DNA of 64,000 nucleotides from Anaerolineae bacterium (GCA_034433515.1 DAOUAL010000021.1:317-64316), one strand, 5' to 3'; positions 29,098-41,583 are shown, numbered from the stretch's first letter. The notes: generated by a model not told the origin, from the sequence alone. A program made the numbers and translations.

Positions 29098-30682
29098 GGA
29101 CGCCCCCTTTGACGCCTGCCATCAACAAACCCAGTTGTTCGCGTGTGGCGGCACCTGCCTCCATGGTCTCTAAAATACGTCCTTTATACATTACCGCAAT
29201 CCGATCGGCTAACGACATGATTTCATCCAATTCCGCGGAAACGAGCAACACCGCTGCCCCACGATCGCGCGCCTGCACAATCCGCCGATGAATGAATTCA
29301 ATCGAACCAACATCCAAGCCGCGCGTGGGTTGATTGACGATGAGTAATTTCACCGGGCGATCGAGTTCGCGCGCGACAATCACTTTTTGTTGATTGCCCC
29401 CAGAGAGCGACCCCGCGGTCGTGCGTATACTGGGTGTCCGCACATCGAACTCGGTGACCAATTTCTGACTCCGTTCGGCAATTGCATACTCGTCAATTTC
29501 CAAGCCGCGTGCAAACGGCGGTTGATAATAGGTGCACAACACCAAATTGTCCCGCACTGGAAAGGAAAGCACCAACCCATGCTTGTGGCGATCTTCGGGA
29601 ACATGCCCGGTGCCCAACTCGGTAATGCGGCGCGGCGTTTCGTGCGTTACATCTTTGCCCAACAAGACAACTTTGCCGCTGACGACACGTCGCAAGCCGG
29701 TCAACGCTTCCACCAATTCGCGTTGTCCGTTGCCCTGCACCCCCGCAATGCCCAGAATCTCTCCTTCCCGCACCTCGAAAGAAACATCGTGCACGGTGGT
29801 TGCATGCCGATCGTCTTGCACTTGCAAATTCTCAACCCGCAAAACCGTATTGCCGGGATGGGCGGGCGATTTGTCAATCTGCAAAATCACTTTGCGCCCC
29901 ACCATCATTTCGGCGAGCATTTCAGAGGTAGCGGCTTGGGGTGTTACGGTGCCAATCATCTTGCCGGCGCGCATCACACTGATGCGGTCCGCCACCGCAA
30001 ACATCTCGCGCAACTTGTGTGTGATGAAAACAATGGATTTACCTTGCCGCACCAACTCTTTCATAATGACAAAGAGTTCATCGGCTTCTTGCGGCGTCAA
30101 GACCGCCGTGGGTTCATCCAAAATCAGAATCTCGGCGCGACGATACAAGGCTTTGACGATTTCCACGCGTTGTTGCAACCCGACAGGCAAATCTTTGATA
30201 TACGCATCGGGATCCACATCCAGGCGATATTGGTGCGAGAGTTCGCGAATGCGTTGCGCCGCCGTGCGCCGATCGAGTGCAGACAACTGCCCCATGAATC
30301 GGGTGGCGGGTTGCAACGATTCTTGACCCAAGATGATATTTTCGGTTACGGTGAGCGGTGGCACGAGCATAAAATGCTGGTGCACCATACCGATGCCTTG
30401 CGCAATCGCATCGTGGGGACTCGTAATGCGAGTGGAGCGTCCGTTGATGCGAATCTCTCCTTCATCGGGTTGGTACAAACCGTAGAGAATATTCATCAAC
30501 GTGGACTTGCCGGCACCATTCTCGCCGAGCAGCCCGTGAATCTCGCCGGGGCGCAGATCGAAATGAACGTGATCGTTGGCTAACACCCCAGGAAAACGCT
30601 TGGTGATTCCGACGGCTTGCAGAACCGGGATCATCGAATCGGGAGGGCTCGTGGTGCTTGCTTGGGGCAAGACGGTGGTCAT
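29090..30682 (-). CDS. ABC transporter ATP-binding protein with duplicated nucleotide-binding domains
   Basis: Walker A GENGAGKST, signatures LPVGLQQRVEI and LSGGNQQKV, Walker B ILILDEPT and LLIVNQPT. Confidence 0.9.
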   Translation of the reverse strand: MTTVLPQASTTSPPDSMIPVLQAVGITKRFPGVLANDHVHFDLRPGEIHGLLGENGAGKSTLMNILYGLYQPDEGEIRINGRSTRITSPHDAIAQGIGMVHQHFMLVPPLTVTENIILGQESLQPATRFMGQLSALDRRTAAQRIRELSHQYRLDVDPDAYIKDLPVGLQQRVEIVKALYRRAEILILDEPTAVLTPQEADELFVIMKELVRQGKSIVFITHKLREMFAVADRISVMRAGKMIGTVTPQAATSEMLAEMMVGRKVILQIDKSPAHPGNTVLRVENLQVQDDRHATTVHDVSFEVREGEILGIAGVQGNGQRELVEALTGLRRVVSGKVVLLGKDVTHETPRRITELGTGHVPEDRHKHGLVLSFPVRDNLVLCTYYQPPFARGLEIDEYAIAERSQKLVTEFDVRTPSIRTTAGSLSGGNQQKVIVARELDRPVKLLIVNQPTRGLDVGSIEFIHRRIVQARDRGAAVLLVSAELDEIMSLADRIAVMYKGRILETMEAGAATREQLGLLMAGVKGGVHV

Positions 30683-30695
30683 GCTTTCTCCTCAA

Positions 30696-30724
30696 TGTAG
30701 GACAAATTTGAAATTTGTCCTACA
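30696..30724. repeat. perfect 14-bp-arm palindrome directly upstream of the ATPase ribosome-binding site
   Basis: TGTAGGACAAATTT-g-AAATTTGTCCTACA. On the coding (minus) strand it is followed by TTGAGGAGAAAGC-ATG. Confidence 0.6.
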
Positions 30725-30863
30725 CGCAGTCCATTTTCATTCGACCGCTGGTGCGCCAACGGCGAATGAACAACTCAGACAAGTGAATTGGAACAAAAGA
30801 CTATAATTGAGGAAAAGGAATCCTCTGGGATAAAACGAGCGTCACGTAAGATTCTTGTAAAAT

Positions 30864-30891
30864 GGGTGCTATGCCGATGGGCATAGCACCC
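30864..30891 (-). terminator. intra-operon hairpin after the substrate-binding protein gene (attenuator/stabiliser)
   Basis: GGGTGCTATGCC-gatg-GGCATAGCACCC. On the minus strand it is followed by CATTTTAC (weak U-tract). Confidence 0.4.
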
Positions 30892-30913
30892 TGCTGGATG
30901 AGCCGCGTGCCAA

Positions 30914-31966
30914 TTATGGCTTGTAACCGGTTTGGAGTTTTCCGCTCTTGAGGTCTTCGGTGGCTTGTTTGATCTTGTCCTTGACCGATTGCGGAATCTT
31001 GCTGTCCCAATCGTGGAACGGGGCAAGCCCCACCCCGCCATTCTGGAGATTGGCGGTTAGAATGCCGGCTTTGACGGTCTTGGCGTTGACGGATTTCAAG
31101 AAATTGTACACTGCCACGTCAACATTCTTGGCGGCACTGCTCAACAAGGCATCCTTGACTTCGGGATACGTGTTGTATTGATCCACGTCCACGCCGATCG
31201 CCATCAAGCCCTTTTCCTTGGCGGCGAGCAAACCACCGTTGCCGGTGTTGCCACCCACGCCAAAGACCACATCGCAACCTTGGGCAATCATTGATTGCGC
31301 GGTTTCTTTACCCTTGGCAGGATCGGTGAAGGAGGGGATATAGACATTCAACGGCTTGACATCCGGCTTGATCCACTTGGCGCCGTTCTGGAACCCGACG
31401 ACAAAGCGAACCACGGGTGGAATTTCCATACCCGAGACGGTGCAGACCACCCCGGTCTTGGTCATGCCACCGGCTAACACACCCGCGAGGAAACCGACTT
31501 GGTCTTCTTGGAACATCAATGAGGTAATGTTCTTGAGTCCGCCATCGTCGTAGCAATCTTTCTTGGTGTCATCGCAGTACGCCACGCCCTTGGTGGGGAA
31601 GTACGCATAGTCCACAATCGCAAACTTGATGTTAGGATATTGCTTTGCTTTGATCGCCGTCGCATCGCCCATCAAGAAACCGACCGTGATAATGACATCG
31701 TACTTTTCGGTGGCGAACTGGTCAATGTTCTTTTCATAGTCGGTGGGTTGCTTGGATTCGATGAACTTGGCTTCCCAACCCAATTCCTTCGCCGCTTTTT
31801 GCGTGCCTTCCCAAGCGGATTGGTTGAAGGACTTGTCGTTCACACCACCCACATCGGTAACCAATCCTACTTTGAGTTTCGCCGCCGGTGCAGCGCCGCC
31901 GCACCCGCTCAAGACGATTGCCAGCAATAACGCAAACAGGCACACCACAAACAATCGGGAACGCAT
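30914..31966 (-). CDS. BMP family (PnrA/Med-like) ABC substrate-binding lipoprotein
   Basis: Lipobox LSGCGG, BMP-family fold. Start placed at ATG 31966 (MRSRLFVVCLF) with GGAGGAG upstream. Confidence 0.85.
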   Translation of the reverse strand: MRSRLFVVCLFALLLAIVLSGCGGAAPAAKLKVGLVTDVGGVNDKSFNQSAWEGTQKAAKELGWEAKFIESKQPTDYEKNIDQFATEKYDVIITVGFLMGDATAIKAKQYPNIKFAIVDYAYFPTKGVAYCDDTKKDCYDDGGLKNITSLMFQEDQVGFLAGVLAGGMTKTGVVCTVSGMEIPPVVRFVVGFQNGAKWIKPDVKPLNVYIPSFTDPAKGKETAQSMIAQGCDVVFGVGGNTGNGGLLAAKEKGLMAIGVDVDQYNTYPEVKDALLSSAAKNVDVAVYNFLKSVNAKTVKAGILTANLQNGGVGLAPFHDWDSKIPQSVKDKIKQATEDLKSGKLQTGYKP

Positions 31967-32223
31967 TCTTTCTCCTCCTTGAAAAAATGTTTGAACTCTA
32001 CCTCGAGCATCTCGGTGAAACGATGGGCTTGCGGCACCACCTCCTCTCATCGCTGTACGGCGTTGGACAGCCCTTTCGATTGTTGAGGGGAAACCGGTCA
32101 GAAAGGTTCCAAGAGGTTTACCCCATCTATTATATAACAGATTTCACAAACTACCAAAGTGTCTTGTTGTGAATTTTGAGAATAGAAACCAACGGAATTC
32201 AGGGTAGCGTTGTGGGAATAAAT

Positions 32224-32252
32224 TTGACGGATTGATGAGGGGCGAGTAAAAT
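32224..32252 (+). promoter_or_regulatory. sigma-70-type promoter of the DASS transporter leader
   Basis: TTGACG, 17-nt spacer, TAAAAT. Confidence 0.45.
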
Positions 32253-32306
32253 GGAATTGAAAATGTGCGATGGCGCACTCATCATTGCTTGTATTGCAAG
32301 GTGGCG

Positions 32307-32339
32307 AATGCCTCTCCCTCGTGAGAGGCATTTTTTGTT
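32307..32339 (+). terminator. intrinsic terminator inside the 5' leader of the DASS transporter gene
   Basis: AATGCCTCTC-cctcgt-GAGAGGCATT followed by TTTTTGTTG. It lies 63 nt upstream of ATG 32402. Confidence 0.55.
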
Positions 32340-32401
32340 GTACTGGGATTCTCGCTTGCATCGAGCAAGCAGAAAAAATAATTCATTCTCATGGAGGAGA
32401 A

Positions 32402-33868
32402 ATGAAACTCAATTGGAAAGTCGTTATTCCACTCGCCGCGTGGGCAATCTTGGCACTCTACGGCTATGCTTTTGGCGCGCCCACCGGCTTGACGATGAGT
32501 GCGTGGCTTTACTTTGCCCTCTTCGTCGCTGTGATTCTGGGCTTGGTGTTGGAACCCATTCCCGCCGCTGCCGTTGGGTTGATTGGTGTGACGTTTGCCG
32601 CCGCCATGCGCTACGTCAATGCCAACATCGGTCAATCCATTAACTGGGCACTGGCCGGTTTTGCAGACACAACCGTGTGGCTCATCTTTGGCGCGTTCGT
32701 GTTTTCGATGGGGTACAACAAAACTGGCTTGGGACGCCGCATCGCGTTGATGTTGGTGCGCTGGCTGGGGGGACGCACGCTGGGGCTAGGTTACGCGATC
32801 ACATTGGCAGATCTCGTTCTTGCGCCGGGGACGCCTTCGAACACGGCGCGCAGTGCCGGCACAATTTTCCCGGTCATTCGGAACATCCCGGCATTGTACG
32901 GTTCTGAACCGAACAATACGACCTCGCGCAAGATCGGTTCGTACATCATGTGGGTTGCGTTCGCGGCGACTTGTGTCACCTCTTCGATGTTCATCACCTC
33001 GCTCGCCCCAACTGCCGCCGCACTCGCGATTGTCAAAAGCACAGCCAAGATTGATGTCAACTGGCTACAGTACGCCCAAGGATTCCTCCCCGTCGGCATC
33101 GTTCTGATTGTGCTGGTTCCCTTGCTGGTCTATTGGCTCTACCCACCCGAAATCAAATCGAGTAAAGAAATTCCAGAGTGGGCAAACCAGGAACTCGGTA
33201 AACTCGGTAAGGTTACCACCAAAGAACTCGTCATGGTGGGCTTGGTCGTCCTTGCTATTTTCCTGTGGATCACCGGCTCCAATGACTTGATCCAACTCCC
33301 TTACTTTGGCAAGAATTTTATCAACGCTACTACCGTGGTGTTGATAGGTATCGCCCTGATGCTGGTCACCAACATTGTAACCTGGGACGAAATCCTGGCA
33401 AACAAAGCGGCGTGGAATGTACTGGTCTGGTTCGCCACGTTGGTAACGTTGGCAAACGGCTTGAATCTGGTAGGGTTCGTCCGCTGGTTTGCCGATCTCG
33501 CCTCGCAACCTCTTAAAGGTTTGGATCCGATGCTGGTCTTGGCATTGCTGGTTGCGCTGTTCTTCTTCATTCACTATTTCTTTGCTTCGCTGAGCGCACA
33601 CACCAGCGCGGTTTTGCCCCTCGTGTTGGGCGTTGGCATCAAACTGTTGCCTGCCAATCTAGTGATGCCGTTTGCGTTGCTTTGCGTCTATGCACTTGGC
33701 TTAATGGGCGTCATCACCCCCTACGCCACTGGGCCTGCACCGGTGTACTATGGTAGCGGCTATATCTCGCGCACTGATTTCTGGAAACTGGGTCTGATCT
33801 TTGGCGTGATTTTCTTGGTTGCCTTGCTCGTGATTGGCATCCCATATCTCACTTCAATCAAACTTTAA
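32402..33868 (+). CDS. DASS family anion/dicarboxylate transporter (2-oxoglutarate/malate translocator-like)
   Basis: 488-aa multi-TM protein with DASS-like repeats (GTPSNTARSAGTIFPV and ATGPAPVYYGSGY). Start placed at ATG 32402 with GGAGGAG upstream. Confidence 0.8.
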   Translation: MKLNWKVVIPLAAWAILALYGYAFGAPTGLTMSAWLYFALFVAVILGLVLEPIPAAAVGLIGVTFAAAMRYVNANIGQSINWALAGFADTTVWLIFGAFVFSMGYNKTGLGRRIALMLVRWLGGRTLGLGYAITLADLVLAPGTPSNTARSAGTIFPVIRNIPALYGSEPNNTTSRKIGSYIMWVAFAATCVTSSMFITSLAPTAAALAIVKSTAKIDVNWLQYAQGFLPVGIVLIVLVPLLVYWLYPPEIKSSKEIPEWANQELGKLGKVTTKELVMVGLVVLAIFLWITGSNDLIQLPYFGKNFINATTVVLIGIALMLVTNIVTWDEILANKAAWNVLVWFATLVTLANGLNLVGFVRWFADLASQPLKGLDPMLVLALLVALFFFIHYFFASLSAHTSAVLPLVLGVGIKLLPANLVMPFALLCVYALGLMGVITPYATGPAPVYYGSGYISRTDFWKLGLIFGVIFLVALLVIGIPYLTSIKL

Positions 33869-33884
33869 TTGAATACCTTACAAA

Positions 33885-33923
33885 AAACCGGCGATGGGAT
33901 TTTCCATCGCCGGTTTGATTTTT
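33885..33923 (+). terminator. rho-independent terminator
   Basis: AAACCGGCGATGG-gatttt-CCATCGCCGGTTT followed by GATTTTT. Confidence 0.75.
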
Positions 33924-34009
33924 CAAACATCCAATGTCCGTTGAGCAAATGCTTGCACCAAAATTGGATTCAACGTACCGGGCAAGTACACCAAGCATCC
34001 TTGTCCTCC

Positions 34010-34038
34010 CCAAAATAGGCGAGATACTCGATCTCGCC
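34010..34038 (-). terminator. rho-independent terminator of gyrB
   Basis: Minus strand GGCGAGAT-cgagt-ATCTCGCC followed by TATTTTG. Confidence 0.55.
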
Positions 34039-34065
34039 CATCGTCAGTGAATTGATGCGTTGATT

Positions 34066-36991
<2,926 letters not shown>

Positions 36992-37046
36992 CGTTCATCA
37001 TTATATCAGAACGCTTGTACAGGTCAAATGATGCTGCGCCAAACGT

Positions 37047-37075
37047 TTGACAAGGAGCGAGGGCTTTGGTATAAT
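37047..37075 (+). promoter_or_regulatory. consensus sigma-70 promoter of the TetR operon
   Basis: TTGACA, 17-nt spacer, TGg-TATAAT (both hexamers consensus, extended -10). Confidence 0.6.
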
Positions 37076-37101
37076 AAATCTACCAAACGGTCGGTAGATT
37101 T
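37076..37101. promoter_or_regulatory. candidate TetR operator
   Basis: 9-bp inverted repeat AAATCTACC-n8-GGTAGATTT beginning immediately after the -10 hexamer. Confidence 0.5.
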
Positions 37102-37119
37102 GCGACAACGAGGTGTGCG

Positions 37120-37719
37120 ATGCGGAAAAGCGTCAGCGTGGACGCCGCGCGGATGGATGAAAAAATTTTTACCGAAGCCGTCAAGGTTTTTCGGCAAAAA
37201 GGGTATCACGCTGCCTCGATGCAAAACATCGCCGATGCGGTGGGGCTCCAAAAAGGATCCCTCTATCACTATATCGCCAGCAAAGAAGAACTCCTCTTTA
37301 AGATTTTTGAACGCAGTACCGGCGCACTGACCCGCCAACTCGAAGAAATCATCGCCGCCAAAGTCGCCCCCTCTGAAAAATTACGCCAAGCCATTCGAGC
37401 CCATCTGGTCGCCTTGTGCGAACAACTCGATATCTATTCGGTCTATTTGTCTGAACGGCGTGCGTTGAGCGGGCGCTATCACACCAAAGTCCGTGCAGAA
37501 GGCGAACGCCACGCCATGCTCCTCGAAAAAATTTTGCAACAAGGGATTGACCGCAAAGAATTCCGCGCGATGGATACCAAGATGGTTGCCTTGGCAATCT
37601 TGGGAATGTGCAATTGGCTCTATCAGTGGTATTCGCCCACCGGACGTTTGTCTCCGCAGGAAATTTCCATCATCTTTGCTGATCTCGTGGTGAATGGCTT
37701 GGCACGCAAGCGTAAATGA
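37120..37719 (+). CDS. TetR/AcrR family transcriptional regulator
   Basis: N-terminal TetR HTH (FRQKGYHAASMQNIADAVGLQKGSLYHYIASKEELL). Confidence 0.85.
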   Translation: MRKSVSVDAARMDEKIFTEAVKVFRQKGYHAASMQNIADAVGLQKGSLYHYIASKEELLFKIFERSTGALTRQLEEIIAAKVAPSEKLRQAIRAHLVALCEQLDIYSVYLSERRALSGRYHTKVRAEGERHAMLLEKILQQGIDRKEFRAMDTKMVALAILGMCNWLYQWYSPTGRLSPQEISIIFADLVVNGLARKRK

Positions 37720-37790
37720 TTTTCGAGGGCGGATTGCTCAACGCATCGAAAATCATCAAAGATAAAAACAAAAAATTCAAGGAGGAAGCA

Positions 37791-38222
37791 ATGGCCTTGT
37801 TAGCGGTGGGCACCCCTGCCCCAATGTTCAAAGCAATGAACTTGACGGGACCCGAAATCAATTTGGAGAACTACAAAGGCAAGAAACCGGTCGTTCTGAT
37901 GTTTTCCAGTACGCGCGTGGACCCCGCGCAAATCGCCCAAGTCCGCGATTTGTGGAAAAAGTACCGCGAAAAAGTTGAGATCATCACCATTTCGTTCAAA
38001 CTCCCCAGCGTCTCGATGGCAAAAGCGTTTATGCAACAAATGGGCGCCAAATTCCCAGCCACGTACGACCCCGCCCAAAACATTTACAAAATGTACGGTG
38101 TTGAGAATCCCGTCGCCCTCGTGGTCATTGACGTGAATGGGAACGTCGCGTACGCTGCCGAAGCGTTGGACACCAAAGACACCAAAACGCTCGAAGACGC
38201 TATCGTCGCACATATACAATAA
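37791..38222 (+). CDS. thioredoxin-fold (AhpC/TSA/redoxin-like) protein without any cysteine
   Basis: Redoxin-like N-terminus (VGTPAPMFKAMNLTGPEINLENYKGKKPVVLMF). The PxxxTxxC position reads ..FSSTRVD.. and there is no Cys in the 143 aa. Start ATG 37791 with AAGGAGGA upstream. Confidence 0.6.
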   Translation: MALLAVGTPAPMFKAMNLTGPEINLENYKGKKPVVLMFSSTRVDPAQIAQVRDLWKKYREKVEIITISFKLPSVSMAKAFMQQMGAKFPATYDPAQNIYKMYGVENPVALVVIDVNGNVAYAAEALDTKDTKTLEDAIVAHIQ

Positions 38223-38260
38223 AGTATTGGCAAGCCCACCGAGAGGGAGCCATTCGTTGG

Positions 38261-39448
38261 ATGACTGAACGAACCGCCACTAATGCTTCGCCGTTGCGCG
38301 GCATTCGCATACTCGATCTCTCGCGCTTGTTGCCCGGTCCCTACGCGACTATGTTGTTGGGCGATTTAGGTGCTCAAGTGATCAAGATCGAAACGCCGGG
38401 GCTGGGCGATTATATGCGCGTGATTCCTCCTTTCATCAAAGACGCGCGAACCGGTGAAGAGGTCGGGGCAGCGTTCTTGATGGTGAATCGCAACAAAAAA
38501 AGTGTGGCGCTCAACTTTCGCAACGCGCGCGGCAAAGAAATTTTCTTGCGCTTGGTGCGTACCGCCGACGTCATCCTCGAAACGTTTCGCCCGGGCGCCG
38601 CGGAGAAATGGGGCATTGGCTACAGCGCCACCCGTGCGATCAATCCACGCATTGTTTACTGCTCGCTCAGTGGGTACGGTCAAAGTGGACCATACCGTGA
38701 TCGCGCGGGTCACGATCTCAATTATATCGCGCTGGCCGGCTTGCTTGCCGCCAACGGCGCAGCGGACGGTCCGCCCATTCCCCCGATGGTTCAAGTGGCT
38801 GACCTCAGCGGCGGAATGCTCGCCGCGATTTCGATTTTGGCGGCGCTCATCGGACGCGAGAAAACCGGCGTTGGTCAATATCTCGATGTCAGTTTGTTCG
38901 ATGGTGCGCTCTCGTGGGCAAGCACGATGATGGGGGGCACGTATGCCGCCGGCAAATCCGTGCAGCGCGGCAAGATGCAATTGAACGGCGGGATGGCATG
39001 CTACAACGTGTACGAAACGCGCGATGGCAAATACCTCACGCTCGGTGCGATCGAACCGCACTTTTGGGCGGCGTTCTGCAAAGCGGTGGGGCGCGAGGAT
39101 TTGAATCCGCGCGCTCAAGAGTTTGAAGCGATCCCGGAAGTCGCCGCCATTTTCAAGACGCGCACGTTTGATGAATGGATGGAGCTTTTCAAAAATGTGG
39201 ATGCGTGCGTTGAGCCGGTGCGCGAGTTTGCCGAAACGTTGAATGACCCGCACGTCCAGCAGCGCGGTTTGGTGACGGAGGTAGATGGTGTCAAGCAAAT
39301 TGGCTCGGTGTTCGTGTTTGCCGAAAATCCCAACTTGCCGCCGCCGCGTCAAGGCGAGCATACTCGCGAGGTGTTGCGCGAGATTGGGATGAGTGATGAA
39401 GAAATTACGCAATTGCATCAAGCCGAAATCATCAAGATCGCAGAATAA
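38261..39448 (+). CDS. family III CoA-transferase (CaiB/BaiF/AMACR-like)
   Basis: LRGIRILDLSRLLPGPYATMLLGDLGAQVIKIE N-terminal signature. 395 aa. Confidence 0.85.
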   Translation: MTERTATNASPLRGIRILDLSRLLPGPYATMLLGDLGAQVIKIETPGLGDYMRVIPPFIKDARTGEEVGAAFLMVNRNKKSVALNFRNARGKEIFLRLVRTADVILETFRPGAAEKWGIGYSATRAINPRIVYCSLSGYGQSGPYRDRAGHDLNYIALAGLLAANGAADGPPIPPMVQVADLSGGMLAAISILAALIGREKTGVGQYLDVSLFDGALSWASTMMGGTYAAGKSVQRGKMQLNGGMACYNVYETRDGKYLTLGAIEPHFWAAFCKAVGREDLNPRAQEFEAIPEVAAIFKTRTFDEWMELFKNVDACVEPVREFAETLNDPHVQQRGLVTEVDGVKQIGSVFVFAENPNLPPPRQGEHTREVLREIGMSDEEITQLHQAEIIKIAE

Positions 39449-39467
39449 TTGATGGGAGGGACAAACA

Positions 39468-40238
39468 ATGGCGTTTGAATTCTTGTTGTTTGAAAAATCG
39501 AATGGGGTGGCAACGTTGACGCTCAATCATCCGCCCGCCAATACCCTGCGCGTGGCATTACTCAAAGAAATCGGCGCGGCGTTGGATGAGATTGAAAAGG
39601 ACGAGAGCGTACGCGCCATCGTCATTACCGGCGCGGGCGAAAAATTTTTTAGCGGCGGTGCCGAGATCAAAGAGTTTAACGTGGTTGATCCTAATGAGCA
39701 GATGCAATTGGGACAAGGATTATTTCGCCGCATCGAAACGTTCAGCAAACCGGTCATTGCCGCGATCAATGGTTTTGCGCTCGGCGGCGGTTGTGAACTC
39801 GCAATGAGTTGCCACATTCGCTATGCGGCAGACACCGCCAAACTGGGACAGCCGGAAATCAATCTGGGCATTATCCCGGGTTGGGGCGGCACGCAACGTT
39901 TGCCGCGTCTGGTGGGACGCGGACGCGCGATTGAGTTGATGATCACCGGCGATATGCTCACTGCAGAGGACGCCCAGCGCTGGGGACTGGTCAATCGCGT
40001 CTTCCCCGCCGCCGAGTTGAAAGACGCCACATTGAAACTAGCCCAACGCCTTGCCAACAATGCGCCGCTTGCCGTCCGTGCAATTCTGCACGCGGTGGAT
40101 GAAGGATTACAGGTGGGCTTGGTCAAAGGCATGGACGTCGAACGCACTGCGTTTGTCGGCATTGTCAACAGCGAAGATGCTCATGCTGGCATTCAAGCGT
40201 TCTTGACCAAACAGAAACCGGTCTTCAAGGGCAAGTAA
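39468..40238 (+). CDS. enoyl-CoA hydratase/isomerase (crotonase family)
   Basis: ITGAGEKFFSGGAEI and AAINGFALGGGCELAMSC crotonase motifs. Confidence 0.85.
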   Translation: MAFEFLLFEKSNGVATLTLNHPPANTLRVALLKEIGAALDEIEKDESVRAIVITGAGEKFFSGGAEIKEFNVVDPNEQMQLGQGLFRRIETFSKPVIAAINGFALGGGCELAMSCHIRYAADTAKLGQPEINLGIIPGWGGTQRLPRLVGRGRAIELMITGDMLTAEDAQRWGLVNRVFPAAELKDATLKLAQRLANNAPLAVRAILHAVDEGLQVGLVKGMDVERTAFVGIVNSEDAHAGIQAFLTKQKPVFKGK

Positions 40239-40255
40239 TGCGGGAGAGTGTAGAG

Positions 40256-40357
40256 CTAGTGCACCAACATGAAATAGTTGCATACCAGACCGATGGAAAA
40301 ATGGTTACCGAGACGGCTAAGTTTCCACTACGCACTTTCATGTTGGTGCACTACTAG
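40256..40357 (+). mobile_element. MITE-like element copy 5 (102 bp, subfamily A, short form)
   Basis: CTAG at both ends. Perfectly complementary 16-nt terminal repeats GTGCACCAACATGAAA / TTTCATGTTGGTGCAC. Confidence 0.85.
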
Positions 40358-40419
40358 AGTGATGCGGTAACACTCTAATTCCCGACTCTATTCTCTAACT
40401 CTCAACTTTGGAGGAACAC

Positions 40420-41583
40420 ATGATTGGATTCGATCTGACCGAAGAGCAAAAGCAGATGAAAGAAATGGCGCACGAGTTCGCTGAAAAAGAAATGCGCCCG
40501 GTCGCGCACGAGTACGATGAGAAGGAAGAATTTCCATGGCCCGTCATAAAAAAGGCATTTGACCTGAACCTGCTCACGTACGCTATCCCCGAAGAGTACG
40601 GCGGCGCCGGCGTAACGAGCCACGTAACCGACTGCATCGTGCAAGAAGAATTGTTCTGGGGTTGCGCGGGGATCGCCACCTCGATGGGCGGCATTATGCT
40701 GGGTGCGCTTCCCATTCTCATCGCAGGGAACGAAGCGCAAAAGAAAAAATATCTGACGATGCTCACGCAACCCAAACCCGATGGGATGCCGCGCTTGGGC
40801 GCGTTCGCGCTCACCGAGCCGGAAGCCGGGAGCGATGCCGCCTCCATCAAAACCACAGCGAAAAAAGTGGAGGGGGGCTATGTCCTGAACGGCACCAAAC
40901 ATTTCATCACGAATGGTGGCATCGCGGATGTGTACACCGTCTTTGCAACGCGCGATCCCAGTCTGGGTGCAGACGGCATTGATGGCTTTATCGTCGAAGG
41001 AAATTGGAAAGGCGTCATTCCCGGCAAAAAAGAGAAAAAGATGGGCATCCGCGCTTCGCACACCGCCCAAGTTCATTTTGAGGATTGCTTTGTGCCGGCA
41101 GAAAATCGGTTGGGCGAGGAAGGCGATGGCTTTGGCATCGTCCTGCAAACGCTCGATCATTCCCGCCCGATTGTGGCGGCAGGCGCGGTGGGTGTGGCGC
41201 GCGCGGCATTTGAATTTGCGTTGCAGTACAGTCAAGAACGCAAACAATTCGGTCGCCCCATCGCCAAGCAACAAGCGATCCAATTTATGCTCGCCGATAT
41301 GGCAACCGAAATTGACGCGGCGCGTTTGCTCTGCTGGCGCGCGGCGTATCTGCTCGATCAAGAAGAACCCAACAGCGTTGCCGCTTCGATGGCAAAAGTA
41401 TTTGCGGGTGACACTGCGATGAAAGTAACCACCGATGCTCTGCAAATCGTGGGCGGGATGGGCTATATGCGCGACTATCCGATGGAAAAGTTTATGCGCG
41501 ATGCCAAGATTATGCAGATTTACGAAGGCACCGCACAGATTCAACGCCTGGTGATTAGCCGCTTTATGATTGGGTTTGGATAA
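40420..41583 (+). CDS. acyl-CoA dehydrogenase
   Basis: ACAD family over the full length (ALTEPEAGSDAAS, QIYEGTAQIQRLVI). ATG 40420 with GGAGG 5 nt upstream. Confidence 0.9.
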   Translation: MIGFDLTEEQKQMKEMAHEFAEKEMRPVAHEYDEKEEFPWPVIKKAFDLNLLTYAIPEEYGGAGVTSHVTDCIVQEELFWGCAGIATSMGGIMLGALPILIAGNEAQKKKYLTMLTQPKPDGMPRLGAFALTEPEAGSDAASIKTTAKKVEGGYVLNGTKHFITNGGIADVYTVFATRDPSLGADGIDGFIVEGNWKGVIPGKKEKKMGIRASHTAQVHFEDCFVPAENRLGEEGDGFGIVLQTLDHSRPIVAAGAVGVARAAFEFALQYSQERKQFGRPIAKQQAIQFMLADMATEIDAARLLCWRAAYLLDQEEPNSVAASMAKVFAGDTAMKVTTDALQIVGGMGYMRDYPMEKFMRDAKIMQIYEGTAQIQRLVISRFMIGFG

